Below are positions 53,844-62,753 of a DNA stretch of 64,000 nucleotides, piece after piece (the stretch's first letter is position 1; each line of letters starts with the position of its first letter). The stretch covers positions 65,076 to 129,075 of the forward strand of contig CAVXVB010000008.1 of NCBI GenBank assembly GCA_963765205.1, written 5' to 3'. The position numbers were made by a program, and so were the translations under genes. The notes under the pieces are model-generated. The model was not told the origin of the DNA. It was given only the letters and a program-made list of their open reading frames with translations, and did not search any database. The stretch is from an uncultured Verrucomicrobiae bacterium. Lineage in GTDB: Bacteria; Verrucomicrobiota; Verrucomicrobiia; Opitutales; JABDGR01.

Positions 53844-56036
53844 TCACCGTAAAAACGCCTCGTGCAGGCCGCCGTCCACGGCCAGGACCTGGCCGGTGGT
53901 TTTGCTGAGGCGCTCGCTGACCAGCAGGAAATAGCCCTCGGCCTGGTCTTCAGGAGTGATGGGTGTTTTGGTCAGCGTGCGATCGGCGTAAAATTGCGCA
54001 AGCTTATGCACGAGTGAGTCGGTGCTTTCGTCTTCTGAGAATGGGATGTTGTATTTCGCGAGCGAGCCGATGACGCGCTCGCGCGGAAACATCGCGCTGC
54101 CTTGCACAACGGTCGCCGGCGCGACGGCGTTGACGCGCACCAGCGGCGACAGCTCGATGGCCAGTTCACCGACGAGGTGGTTCGCGGCGGCCTTCGACGC
54201 GTCGTAGGCGATGGAGCCTTTTTTCGAGACGGCGGCGTTGGCGCTCGTCGTCAGCACGAGGCTCCCGCGCAGGCCCTGTTCGCGCCAGGTCCTGGCCGCT
54301 TCGTCGCCGACGAGGTAGCTGCCGGTAACGTTGATCGCAAAAGTCAGCGCCCATTTGTCGTCGGGAATATGGCCGGTGGTGTCGCTCGGGACAAAAATGC
54401 CCGCGGTGACGCAGATGGAATCAAAGCCGCCGTAGGCGAGGGCCACGTCGTCGAGCATCCGCCGGATGCTCTCGCGCTTGGTGATGTCCGCGCCGAGGCC
54501 GAGCGCGGGGCCGCAATTCGACAAGCCGGTCCCCGCGACGCCGATGCCCGTGCCAAGCTTGTCCGTGATTTCCTTCGCCGTGGCCTGCGCGGAGGCTTCA
54601 TTCAAGTCCACGCAGACGACGTGCGCGCCCTCCCGGGCGACGCGGTGCGCGGTCTGCTTGCCGATGCCGGAGCCGGCGCCAATGACGATGACGACGCGGC
54701 GCGCGAGTTCCTTTTCCGGCGGCATGCGCTTGAGCTTGGCCTCCTCGAGCAGCCAGTATTCGATGTCAAAAGCCTCTTGCTGCGGCAGCGCAACGTAGCG
54801 GTCCATCGCCTCCGCGCCGCGCATGACCTCGACGGCGCAGTTGTAAAATTCGGCGGTCACGCGCGATTCGCTCTTGTCCTTGCCCCAGGCGATCATGCCG
54901 AGGCCGGGAATGAGCACCACGGTCGGATTCGGGTCGCGCATGGCGGGCGAATTCGCGCGGTGGCATTTTTGGTAATAGGCCGCGTAGTCCAGGCGATACT
55001 GCGCGATGCCGGCGGCGAGTTTCTGCTTCAGCGCGGCAACGTCCTCGGCCTGCGGATTCCAGTCCACGTAGAGCGGCTTGATCTTGGTGCGCAAAAAATG
55101 GTCGGGACACGACGTGCCCAGCTCGGCCAGGTGCGCGGCGTCGCGGCTGTTGACGAAGCGCAGAATTTTCTCGTCCTCCTGCACGGTGCCAATAAACCGC
55201 TGGTGCGAGGAGACCTGGCCGCGCAGCCAGGGCAGGATCGCGGCGAACACGGCGCGGCGCTTTTCCGGCGGCAGGGTTTGGTATTTCGCGCCGCCGAACG
55301 CCGCAGCGTCGCCGCCCTTGGCGGTGTATTTTTCCTCGATGAACGCGGCGGCGCGCTCGATGAAGTCGAGGGTGCGCGTGTAACATTCGCGCTCGTCGTC
55401 GGCCCAGGAAATAAAGCCGTGCTGGCCCATCATGATCGCGCGAATGTCGGGCTGCCGTTTGGCTATTTCCTGCATCGCCAGCCCAAGTTCAAAACCCGGG
55501 CGCATCCACGGCACGTAGGCCATTTCGCCGGCGAAAATCTCGCGCGTCAGTTTTTCGCTGTGCGCCGACGCGGCGATGGCGATGATCGCGTTCGGGTGCA
55601 TGTGGTCCACGTGCGCGCCGGGCAAAAAGGCGTGCAGCGGCGTGTCAATCGAGGAGGCGCGAGGGTTGAGGTTGAACGTGCAGTGAAAATAAAGCCCGAC
55701 CAGGTCGTCCTCGGCCGCCGACTTGATGCCCTTGTCCGGGCGCGCGGCGTAAAGGCCTTGAAGCGCGTGGAGCTTGTCCAGATACAACGACGAAAAAAAC
55801 GCGCGGGTGCTGGTGCGCAAATCCCCGCCGGAGCCTTTGACCCACAGGACTTTTTCCGCGCGGCCGGTTAGCGGGTCTTTCTCCGCGATTTTCGCCGACG
55901 TGTTGCCGCCGCCGGTGTTGGTGATGCGCTGGTCGCCGCCGAGGAGGTTCGAGCGGTATACGAGCCGGCCCACCGGGTCGAGCGCGGCGGCCTGGGCGTC
56001 GTCCCAAAGGAAATTCACATAGCGGTAGGTTTTCAT
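53844..56036 (-). CDS. bifunctional rhamnulose-1-phosphate aldolase / short-chain dehydrogenase (lactaldehyde dehydrogenase-type)
   Basis: 730 aa. N-terminal class II aldolase-like half (GGGNTSAK, HVDHMHP) and C-terminal SDR (VIGAGSGIGKQTA...YDASKAA). Confidence 0.85.
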   Translation of the reverse strand: MKTYRYVNFLWDDAQAAALDPVGRLVYRSNLLGGDQRITNTGGGNTSAKIAEKDPLTGRAEKVLWVKGSGGDLRTSTRAFFSSLYLDKLHALQGLYAARPDKGIKSAAEDDLVGLYFHCTFNLNPRASSIDTPLHAFLPGAHVDHMHPNAIIAIAASAHSEKLTREIFAGEMAYVPWMRPGFELGLAMQEIAKRQPDIRAIMMGQHGFISWADDERECYTRTLDFIERAAAFIEEKYTAKGGDAAAFGGAKYQTLPPEKRRAVFAAILPWLRGQVSSHQRFIGTVQEDEKILRFVNSRDAAHLAELGTSCPDHFLRTKIKPLYVDWNPQAEDVAALKQKLAAGIAQYRLDYAAYYQKCHRANSPAMRDPNPTVVLIPGLGMIAWGKDKSESRVTAEFYNCAVEVMRGAEAMDRYVALPQQEAFDIEYWLLEEAKLKRMPPEKELARRVVIVIGAGSGIGKQTAHRVAREGAHVVCVDLNEASAQATAKEITDKLGTGIGVAGTGLSNCGPALGLGADITKRESIRRMLDDVALAYGGFDSICVTAGIFVPSDTTGHIPDDKWALTFAINVTGSYLVGDEAARTWREQGLRGSLVLTTSANAAVSKKGSIAYDASKAAANHLVGELAIELSPLVRVNAVAPATVVQGSAMFPRERVIGSLAKYNIPFSEDESTDSLVHKLAQFYADRTLTKTPITPEDQAEGYFLLVSERLSKTTGQVLAVDGGLHEAFLR

Positions 56037-56124
56037 GGGGTGCTGGGATTGTGCGCCGCGAACGCATGGAGATCAAACTGAATCTCGGGCACAAAAATAG
56101 GTGGTGTTTGAAGAATCTTCCCAT

Positions 56125-56197
56125 CGTAGCGCGGTGCTTCAGCCCGCGCTCTGCATGATTCGTTGGAAAGAAGCGCGGGCTGAAGCACCGCGCTACG
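56125..56197. repeat. perfect 26-bp palindrome (cgtagcgcggtgcttcagcccgcgct family)
   Basis: Arms at 56125-56150 and 56172-56197 with a 21-nt loop. A degenerate copy is at 63893-63956. Confidence 0.75.
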
Positions 56198-56312
56198 AAG
56201 CCGGCAAACAGAGCCAGTGCCCTCAAACCGATCACTGCCCGGCCGTCGAGCATTCGCCATTGTCGCCAACTCGAAACTCGCAACCCGAAACTCGAAACTC
56301 CATGCTTAACTC

Positions 56313-57110
56313 ATGCCCTTGGAACTGGCTTACCGTTACTTCGGCGGCGAGGGCCGGCCGCCGCTCGTCATCCTGCACGGCTTGCTGGGTTCGTCGCGCA
56401 ATTGGACGACAGCGGGCAAGCTGCTCGCGCGCAGCTTCGAGGTCTTCGCGCTCGATTTGCGCGGCCACGGCGAGTCGCCCTTCGCCCCGCCGCCGGTGCG
56501 CGATTACTCGTTCAAGACCTGCGCGGCGGACGTGGCGGCGTGGCTCGACGCGCGCGGCGTGCGGCGGCCGCTGCTGCTGGGGCACAGCCTCGGCGGCAAA
56601 ATCGCCATGCGCCTGGCGGTGGATGAGCCTGCGCGCCTCTCCGCGCTGGTGGTGGCGGACATCGCTCCGCGCGATTACGCCCCGCCGCACGCAGCGGCCT
56701 TCGCGGCCATGCAGGAGCTCGATCTGGCCGCGCTCCATTCCCGCGCCGAGGCCGAGGAAAAATTGCGCGCGCAACTGCACGATGAAACGCTGGCGCGCTT
56801 TCTAGTAACAAATCTCGCGCGCGAGGCCGACGCCGCTTTCCGCTGGCGCGTGGATGTCGCGGGGCTGGCGGCGGCGTTGCCGGCCATTGCGCGTTCACCG
56901 CTCGCACCCGGCGAAACCTATCCAGGGCCAGCTCTATTTCTGCGCGGCGACCAATCCGACTTCATCCGCGACGCCGACCGGCCGGCCATCGCCGCCCATT
57001 TTCCGCGGCATCAAATCCTCGCCCTCGGCCGCGCCGGGCACAACCTGCATGTGGATCAGCCGGCGGCCTTCACCGTCGCGCTCGAGTATTTTGCGACGGA
57101 TCTGGTGTAG
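56313..57110 (+). CDS. alpha/beta hydrolase (YbfF/MenH-like esterase)
   Basis: LVILHGLLGSSRNW... with nucleophile elbow GHSLGG. Confidence 0.75.
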   Translation: MPLELAYRYFGGEGRPPLVILHGLLGSSRNWTTAGKLLARSFEVFALDLRGHGESPFAPPPVRDYSFKTCAADVAAWLDARGVRRPLLLGHSLGGKIAMRLAVDEPARLSALVVADIAPRDYAPPHAAAFAAMQELDLAALHSRAEAEEKLRAQLHDETLARFLVTNLAREADAAFRWRVDVAGLAAALPAIARSPLAPGETYPGPALFLRGDQSDFIRDADRPAIAAHFPRHQILALGRAGHNLHVDQPAAFTVALEYFATDLV

Positions 57111-57121
57111 GGGCTTTCATT

Positions 57122-57206
57122 ATTCACCGCAAAGGCGCGGAGAACGCAAAGGAGTTTTTTTAGACAGAATTTATTCTTGGCGCCCTTTGCGCCTTGGCGG
57201 TGAATT
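57122..57206. repeat. stutter-word inverted repeat (ttcaccgcaaaggcgc family)
   Basis: Left arm at 57122-57154, right arm at 57176-57206, with ends attcaccgc / gcggtgaat. Confidence 0.7.
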
Positions 57207-57217
57207 GCCTTGGGAAG

Positions 57218-57403
57218 TTACCGCAGAGCGATGAGCGCGAAGCCGACGATGGCGGCGGACAGGAAGAGCGTGCCGACCCAGGCGGCGACTTCGCTCTTGT
57301 CGAAGCGGGAGGTGGTGTCCTCGACCGTGATGCGCTCGGCGATGGCGCGCTTCTGCACGGGCGAGAGGGAATTCCAGATTTGGGCGTCAATTTTGGTGTT
57401 CAT
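57218..57403 (-). CDS. small tail-anchored membrane protein, hypothetical
   Basis: aggag RBS 8 nt upstream. 61 aa with a C-terminal TM segment (VAAWVGTLFLSAAIVGFALIAL). Confidence 0.55.
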   Translation of the reverse strand: MNTKIDAQIWNSLSPVQKRAIAERITVEDTTSRFDKSEVAAWVGTLFLSAAIVGFALIALR

Positions 57404-57669
57404 GGGCTTGTTCTCCTAAGATGGTTATGAGTGATGATTGGAAAGGTGGGCGGCGGGGATTTTGTCGTTCCGCGCCGTTGATGGACACGAGGGTAAACAC
57501 AGGTTGGGGCAAAAAGTTTCGTGCAAGAGGTGCGGGAAGGTTGTCAAAGAGATGTCATGGGGGCGCCGAGCCGATTCCGGCGGCATCCGGTTCGCTCCGT
57601 GAAAATTCCATTGCGCGCCGGGCGCAGTCCGGTAGCTTGGCAGACCGGCCCTCGCGCCCTCTTCCCTCC

Positions 57670-59217
57670 ATGCCTCCTCCTCCCAACGCCCAGCCCAAAA
57701 CCGCCATCACGCCCACCCGCGCCGACGATTATCCCGAGTGGTATCAGCAGGTCATCAAGGCCGCCGATCTCGCCGAGAACAGTCCCGTGCGCGGCTGCAT
57801 GGTGATTAAGCCCTGGGGCTACGCGCTGTGGGAAAACATGCAGCGCGCGCTCGACCGGCGCTTCAAGGACACCGGCCACGTCAACGCCTATTTCCCGCTC
57901 TTCATCCCGATGAGCTTCCTCGAAAAGGAGGCCGCGCACGTCGAGGGCTTCGCCAAGGAATGCGCCGTGGTCACCCACACGCGCCTGCAAGCCGGGCCGG
58001 ACGGCAAACTCGTCCCCGCCTCGCCGCTGGACGAGCCGCTCATCGTGCGCCCGACTTCCGAAACCATCATCGGCGAAATGTATGCCAAGTGGGTCGAGAG
58101 CTACCGCGACCTGCCGATTCTCATCAACCAGTGGGCCAACGTCGTCCGCTGGGAAATGCGCACGCGGCTCTTTTTGCGCACCACGGAATTCCTCTGGCAG
58201 GAAGGCCACACCGCCCACGCCACCGAAGCCGAGGCCATGGAGGAAACGCGCAAGATGCTCGAAGTTTATGCGGACTTCGCCGAGAACCACCTCGCCATCC
58301 CCGTCATCCAGGGCGAGAAAACCGCGGGCGAACGCTTCCCGGGCGCGGTCAACACGTATTGCATCGAGGCGATGATGCAGGACCGCAAGGCGCTCCAGGC
58401 CGGCACGTCGCACTTCCTCGGGCAGAATTTTTCCAAGGCCGCTGGCATCAAGTTTCTGGATCAAGCAGGCAAGCAGGAATTCGCGTGGACGACTTCGTGG
58501 GGCGTTTCGACGCGCCTCATCGGCGGCGTCATCATGGCCCACGGCGACGACGACGGCCTCATGCTCCCGCCACGCCTCGCGCCCACGCACGTCGTTATTT
58601 TGCCTGTGCTGCACAAAGAGGAAACGCGCGCGAAGGTGCTGGAGTATTGCCAAAAACTCCGCGCCGAATTGCGCGCCGTGCGCTTCGCCGACCAGCCGCT
58701 CGAAGTCGAACTCGACACGCGCGACCTGCGCGGCGGCGACAAAGTCTGGCAATGGGTCAAGAAAGGCGTGCCCCTGCTCGTCGAAGTCGGCCCGCGGGAT
58801 ATGGACAAGGACTGCGTGTTCTGGGGCCGGCGCGACCGCGGCCCGAAAAACCGCACTTCGACCCCCCGCGCGGAATTCGTTGCCACGGTCGCCGTCACGC
58901 TCGACGACATCCAGCAATCCATGCTCGAACGCGCCAGCGCCTTCCGCGCGGAAAACACGCGCCGCCTCGACACGAAGGACGACATCTACGCCTACTTCAC
59001 GCCGCAAAACGCGGACAAACCGGAAATCCACGGCGGCTTCGCCCTCGCCCACTGGAGCGGCGACCCGGCCTTCGAAGAGCAGTTGGCCAAAGACCTAAAA
59101 GTCACCATCCGCTGCATCCCGATTGACACCACCGGCGACCTCGCCCCCGAACCGGGCCTCTGCCCTTTCACCGGCAAGCCCAGTCCGCGGCGGGTCGTGC
59201 TGGGGAAGGCGTATTGA
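57670..59217 (+). CDS. proS: prolyl-tRNA synthetase (archaeal/eukaryote-like class IIa type)
   Basis: From the Met at 57670. ...RGCMVIKPWGYALWENMQ...FLRTTEFLWQEGHTAH...GTSHFLGQNFS... Confidence 0.9.
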   Translation: MPPPPNAQPKTAITPTRADDYPEWYQQVIKAADLAENSPVRGCMVIKPWGYALWENMQRALDRRFKDTGHVNAYFPLFIPMSFLEKEAAHVEGFAKECAVVTHTRLQAGPDGKLVPASPLDEPLIVRPTSETIIGEMYAKWVESYRDLPILINQWANVVRWEMRTRLFLRTTEFLWQEGHTAHATEAEAMEETRKMLEVYADFAENHLAIPVIQGEKTAGERFPGAVNTYCIEAMMQDRKALQAGTSHFLGQNFSKAAGIKFLDQAGKQEFAWTTSWGVSTRLIGGVIMAHGDDDGLMLPPRLAPTHVVILPVLHKEETRAKVLEYCQKLRAELRAVRFADQPLEVELDTRDLRGGDKVWQWVKKGVPLLVEVGPRDMDKDCVFWGRRDRGPKNRTSTPRAEFVATVAVTLDDIQQSMLERASAFRAENTRRLDTKDDIYAYFTPQNADKPEIHGGFALAHWSGDPAFEEQLAKDLKVTIRCIPIDTTGDLAPEPGLCPFTGKPSPRRVVLGKAY

Positions 59218-59260
59218 TTGGCACTTGTTTGAATGCCTAAGTTTGGATAATCTGCATTTC

Positions 59261-59722
59261 ATGCCTCCTTTCCCAAGAAATCGGCATAAAATAAGACAAT
59301 GGGTGACCTTGCTGGTCTGGCTGGCATGCATTGTGGCAACGTTGCTCCTCATGGGTGGAATCAGTTTGTTGGTTTGCATGTTGCTGGCACTGACGCTTTT
59401 GATCGGTGCCTTGCTGATGAAAAAGAAACTCTGCGAGAAAAAGAACCTAGCGCGCGGCTATCGTTTGGCGTTCGGCCACGGGAGTTCTTTTCAATATGGC
59501 GAATTTTACGAGGGAACGTGGCGGGAAGTCGGATTCGGTTACCGAAGGCTGCGCGGAAAAGGGCCAAGTTATCTCATTTTGATTGCCCTACCCCATGAGT
59601 GGGCTCAACGACCCTCGGAGGCTTGGGCCAGGAATCAACGCGAAAAAATCCTCGCCCGTGTGAAAAGTGAACTCAAGCCACCGCGTTATGCTTTCAGCGA
59701 CGACGGAGTCACTGACTGGTGA
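59261..59722 (+). CDS. hypothetical membrane protein (AT-rich)
   Basis: From the Met at 59261: two TM helices followed by a roughly 90-aa soluble domain. Located immediately upstream of the sigma54 activator. Confidence 0.5.
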   Translation: MPPFPRNRHKIRQWVTLLVWLACIVATLLLMGGISLLVCMLLALTLLIGALLMKKKLCEKKNLARGYRLAFGHGSSFQYGEFYEGTWREVGFGYRRLRGKGPSYLILIALPHEWAQRPSEAWARNQREKILARVKSELKPPRYAFSDDGVTDW

Positions 59723-59916
59723 TTTGTCTTTTTAATCTTGAGCCAGTGAGTAAAAACTCACCACGGCTGGCCGGATTCGAGTTCGTAGATCATGCGCCAG
59801 AGGCGGTCGGTTTCGCCAAGCCGGGAACGCGCGCCGAGCAGCGGTGTTATTTTGGGGATAACAATGCATCTAATCGTCCTCGCTTTTCATGCGTTAGTGC
59901 GTATATTGCATATGCA

Positions 59917-61314
59917 ATGCGCGCCGTGCTTGTGACGACGGAGAAGAACCCCCCGGCTTTGCGGAAACTGCAGGGGCTGGGCTTGCGCGCGCAATTGCAG
60001 GCACCGGAGCGCATCCAATCCCTCGAGCGCGACAGCACGGACTTGGTTTACCTGGTGCCCGCCGCGCTGCTGCTGGCACCGGGGTGGAACGAGCACCGCG
60101 TCCGCCTTGCGCGCGCGAGCCGCTGCTACATCGTCTTCGGCACGGGCCTCGACACGCGCGCGATCATGAACGCCGCGCGCGACGGCGCGCATGACGTGCT
60201 CGATGCGCAGGCCGACGGCGACGGGCGCTGGCTTGCGGCGCTCGAACACGCCGCGAACGCGCAGACTTTGTGGTGGCAGCTTTACGGTGGCCAGGGCGAG
60301 GTGGATGAGCAAAAACTGGTCGGCCGCTCGCCGGTGATGAAGGCGCTGCGCGAGTCCGTCCAGCGTCTCGGGCCGACGGACGCGACGGTGCTCATCCTGG
60401 GCGAATCCGGGACGGGCAAGGAGCGGGTGGCCGAGGCGATCCACGCCGCCGCGGGCCGCGGGCCGTTTGTGCCCATCAACTGCGCGGCGCTGCCGGCGGA
60501 TTTGCTCGAGAGCGAATTGTTCGGCGCGGAAAAGGGCGCGTTCACCGGGGCCGACCGGGCCAAGCCGGGCCTCGTCGAGGAAGCCGCGGGCGGCACGCTG
60601 TTCCTCGACGAAATCGGCGAGCTGCCGCTGCCGCTCCAGCCAAAGTTGCTGCGCTTTCTGGAAACACGGATGGCGCGGCGGGTCGGCAGCACGAAGGAAT
60701 ACCGCGCGAACGTCCGCCTGGTCTCCGCGACCAACCGCAGCCTGAGCGCGGACGCGGAGGCCGGTCGCTTCCGGCTGGATTTGTTTTACCGGTTGTCGGA
60801 AGTAATTCTCGAGGTGCCGCCCTTGCGGCACCGGCGCGAGGACATCCCCGACTTGGCGCGGACGTTCCTGCGGCAGGCGGCGGTGCGCGTGGGCAAAAAT
60901 TTCGAGACGCTCGAACCGGAATTGATCCAGCGTTTTCAACAGCACGACTGGCCGGGCAATGTGCGCGAGCTGAAGCAGGCCATCGAACGGCTGGCGTTCC
61001 ACTACGACGGGCCGGTGATGCGGGCGGCGTGGTGGGAACTGCCCCCGTCGCGCGACGCCCGCGCGGCAGCGGCCGGGCCGGGCGTCTTTGCCGGCGGCCA
61101 GGTCATGCCCGGCTCGGCGGCAGGCGTGCCCCACCCCGCGCCCATTTATGCCGGAGCGCTGACGCCGATGGGATTCCCGCCAAGCCGGCGCGGGCGCGCG
61201 GCGCTGGCGCGGCGCTTGTTGCAGGAAAACGCGGAGGACCTCACCTGGGTGGCGGCGCAAGTCGGCGTGCATCCGACGACCCTCTACCGGTGGCGGAAGG
61301 CGGGGAAAGTTTAG
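59917..61314 (+). CDS. sigma-54-dependent transcriptional activator (bEBP, AAA+)
   Basis: From the Met at 59917. GESGTGKE Walker A, ESELFGAEKGAFTGA (GAFTGA loop), DEIGELP Walker B, C-terminal HTH VAAQVGVHPTTLYRW. Confidence 0.85.
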   Translation: MRAVLVTTEKNPPALRKLQGLGLRAQLQAPERIQSLERDSTDLVYLVPAALLLAPGWNEHRVRLARASRCYIVFGTGLDTRAIMNAARDGAHDVLDAQADGDGRWLAALEHAANAQTLWWQLYGGQGEVDEQKLVGRSPVMKALRESVQRLGPTDATVLILGESGTGKERVAEAIHAAAGRGPFVPINCAALPADLLESELFGAEKGAFTGADRAKPGLVEEAAGGTLFLDEIGELPLPLQPKLLRFLETRMARRVGSTKEYRANVRLVSATNRSLSADAEAGRFRLDLFYRLSEVILEVPPLRHRREDIPDLARTFLRQAAVRVGKNFETLEPELIQRFQQHDWPGNVRELKQAIERLAFHYDGPVMRAAWWELPPSRDARAAAAGPGVFAGGQVMPGSAAGVPHPAPIYAGALTPMGFPPSRRGRAALARRLLQENAEDLTWVAAQVGVHPTTLYRWRKAGKV

Positions 61315-61432
61315 AAGAATTTCTGAATGCTGAATGCTGAGCGCAGAAATCTGTTGTCCTATGCCCCAATTCTATTTTGCACCAACGAACGAAGGGGGTT
61401 TCAGCATTCAGAATTCAGCATTCAGAAATTCT
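61315..61432. repeat. stutter-word inverted repeat (gaatgctgaatgctgag family)
   Basis: aagaatttctgaatgctgaatgctgag at 61315-61341 opposes tcagcattcagaattcagcattcagaaattctt at 61400-61432, between convergent genes. Confidence 0.7.
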
Positions 61433-62753
61433 TACCCGAGGTTTCCAGACGCTCCGCGTGCAGCCACGCCTTCGGCACCGCGTGCTTCGCCAGCCGCCTG
61501 TGCAACGCTTCACGCAGCTTTTTTTCCGGCTGCTTTTTGCCGGTGTAAATAGCCACGACGCGTTCGCCCCATTCGGCATCGGGCAGCCCGAGGACGCGCA
61601 CGTCCTTGACCAGGCCGGTCGCGCGGATTTGTTTTTCGACGGCGGCAGGATGGACTTTTTCGCCGCCGGTGTTGATGGCTTGGTCGAGCCGCCCAAGCAG
61701 GCGCAAGCGGCCGCGCGCATCAAGCTTGCCGCCATCTTCCGCGCCGAACGGCCCCGGCTGCCGCCGCGCGGGGAAATATCCCGCGAAGAGCGACGAGGCC
61801 TGAATCCAGACGCGGCCATTATTGCCAACGGGCCGTGGCCGGGCGGTTTCATCGCCAATCCAAATTTTCGCATGGGTCAGCGGTGTGAACCGTGGTGGCG
61901 CGCCGGCGAGGAAGTCCGCGGGCCGCTGCATGGCGACGGCGGCGGCGGTCTCGGTCATTCCATACGCGAGTGCCACGGGCAGACGCAGCTCGCGGGCGCG
62001 GTCGAGCAGGCCGGGGAGTGGTGCCGCGCCGCCGAGCAGAATGGCGCGCGTGTGGCGTAGCCAGGCGATGACCCTTTTGCGTTCGAGCAGGCGCTGCAAT
62101 TGAGTCGGCACCAGCGAGACGAGGGCGCGCTCCGGCGGCGTGGCCGGCGGTCGGCCGGCGGTGAGGTTCTTCCAGTCTTCGAGCCACAGCACGCCGCCGG
62201 CTTCGAGCGCGCGCACGGCGGGCAGCAGGCCACTGACATGCCACAGCGGCAGCGTGCTGACGTGTGTGCTACCGTCCGCATCCAGAAAAGCCGCCAGCGC
62301 GCGCGCCGCCGCCGCAAGGGTCGCCCAGGTGTGAACCGCCCAGCGCACGCGGCCACCGGTGCCACCGGTGGAAATTAGGATCGTCCCCGCCCACATTTTC
62401 GCATCGAAGTCGAAGGCCGGTTTCACGCGCGGCCAGCGCGCGGTTTTGTCGCCGAGCCAGAGGCCGGGCTGGATTTGCGCGGCAGCCTGGGCGCGTTCGG
62501 CTGCGCCCCAGCGCGGGCTGGCGAGAACCACCGGCAGATTTTTTTCGGACGCCGCCAATACACCGGCTAGAAATTTCGCGGGGTTCTCCCAGGCCACCAC
62601 CACCGGACCGCGCGCTGAATTTTTTCCGAGGCGCGCGGTGGCCGCCGCAAAAGCCCCGGCAAAACCTTCCGCACCCGGCCCGGCCAGCCAGGCCCCATGC
62701 TCGGCCAAGCGGGACTTGCGCAGCGGGTGGATCAAGGAGCGAGCCGGTTCCAT
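61422..62753 (-). CDS. menE: o-succinylbenzoate-CoA ligase-like AMP-dependent synthetase
   Basis: From the Met at 62751-62753. STGGTGGRVRW (degenerate AMP motif), YGMTET, GRLDQAINTGGEKVHP. Adjacent to menC. Confidence 0.7.
   Translation of the reverse strand: MEPARSLIHPLRKSRLAEHGAWLAGPGAEGFAGAFAAATARLGKNSARGPVVVAWENPAKFLAGVLAASEKNLPVVLASPRWGAAERAQAAAQIQPGLWLGDKTARWPRVKPAFDFDAKMWAGTILISTGGTGGRVRWAVHTWATLAAAARALAAFLDADGSTHVSTLPLWHVSGLLPAVRALEAGGVLWLEDWKNLTAGRPPATPPERALVSLVPTQLQRLLERKRVIAWLRHTRAILLGGAAPLPGLLDRARELRLPVALAYGMTETAAAVAMQRPADFLAGAPPRFTPLTHAKIWIGDETARPRPVGNNGRVWIQASSLFAGYFPARRQPGPFGAEDGGKLDARGRLRLLGRLDQAINTGGEKVHPAAVEKQIRATGLVKDVRVLGLPDAEWGERVVAIYTGKKQPEKKLREALHRRLAKHAVPKAWLHAERLETSGKNF

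Noticed and set aside
59218-59237. Sigma54-like promoter TTGGCACttgtTTGAAT between proS and the membrane orphan, upstream of the bEBP.
   Set aside because: The -24 GG element is good, but the critical -12 GC is missing and the spacing is off by one. A second TGGCACG...TGCA at about 13413-13430 lies inside a BMC-P coding region.
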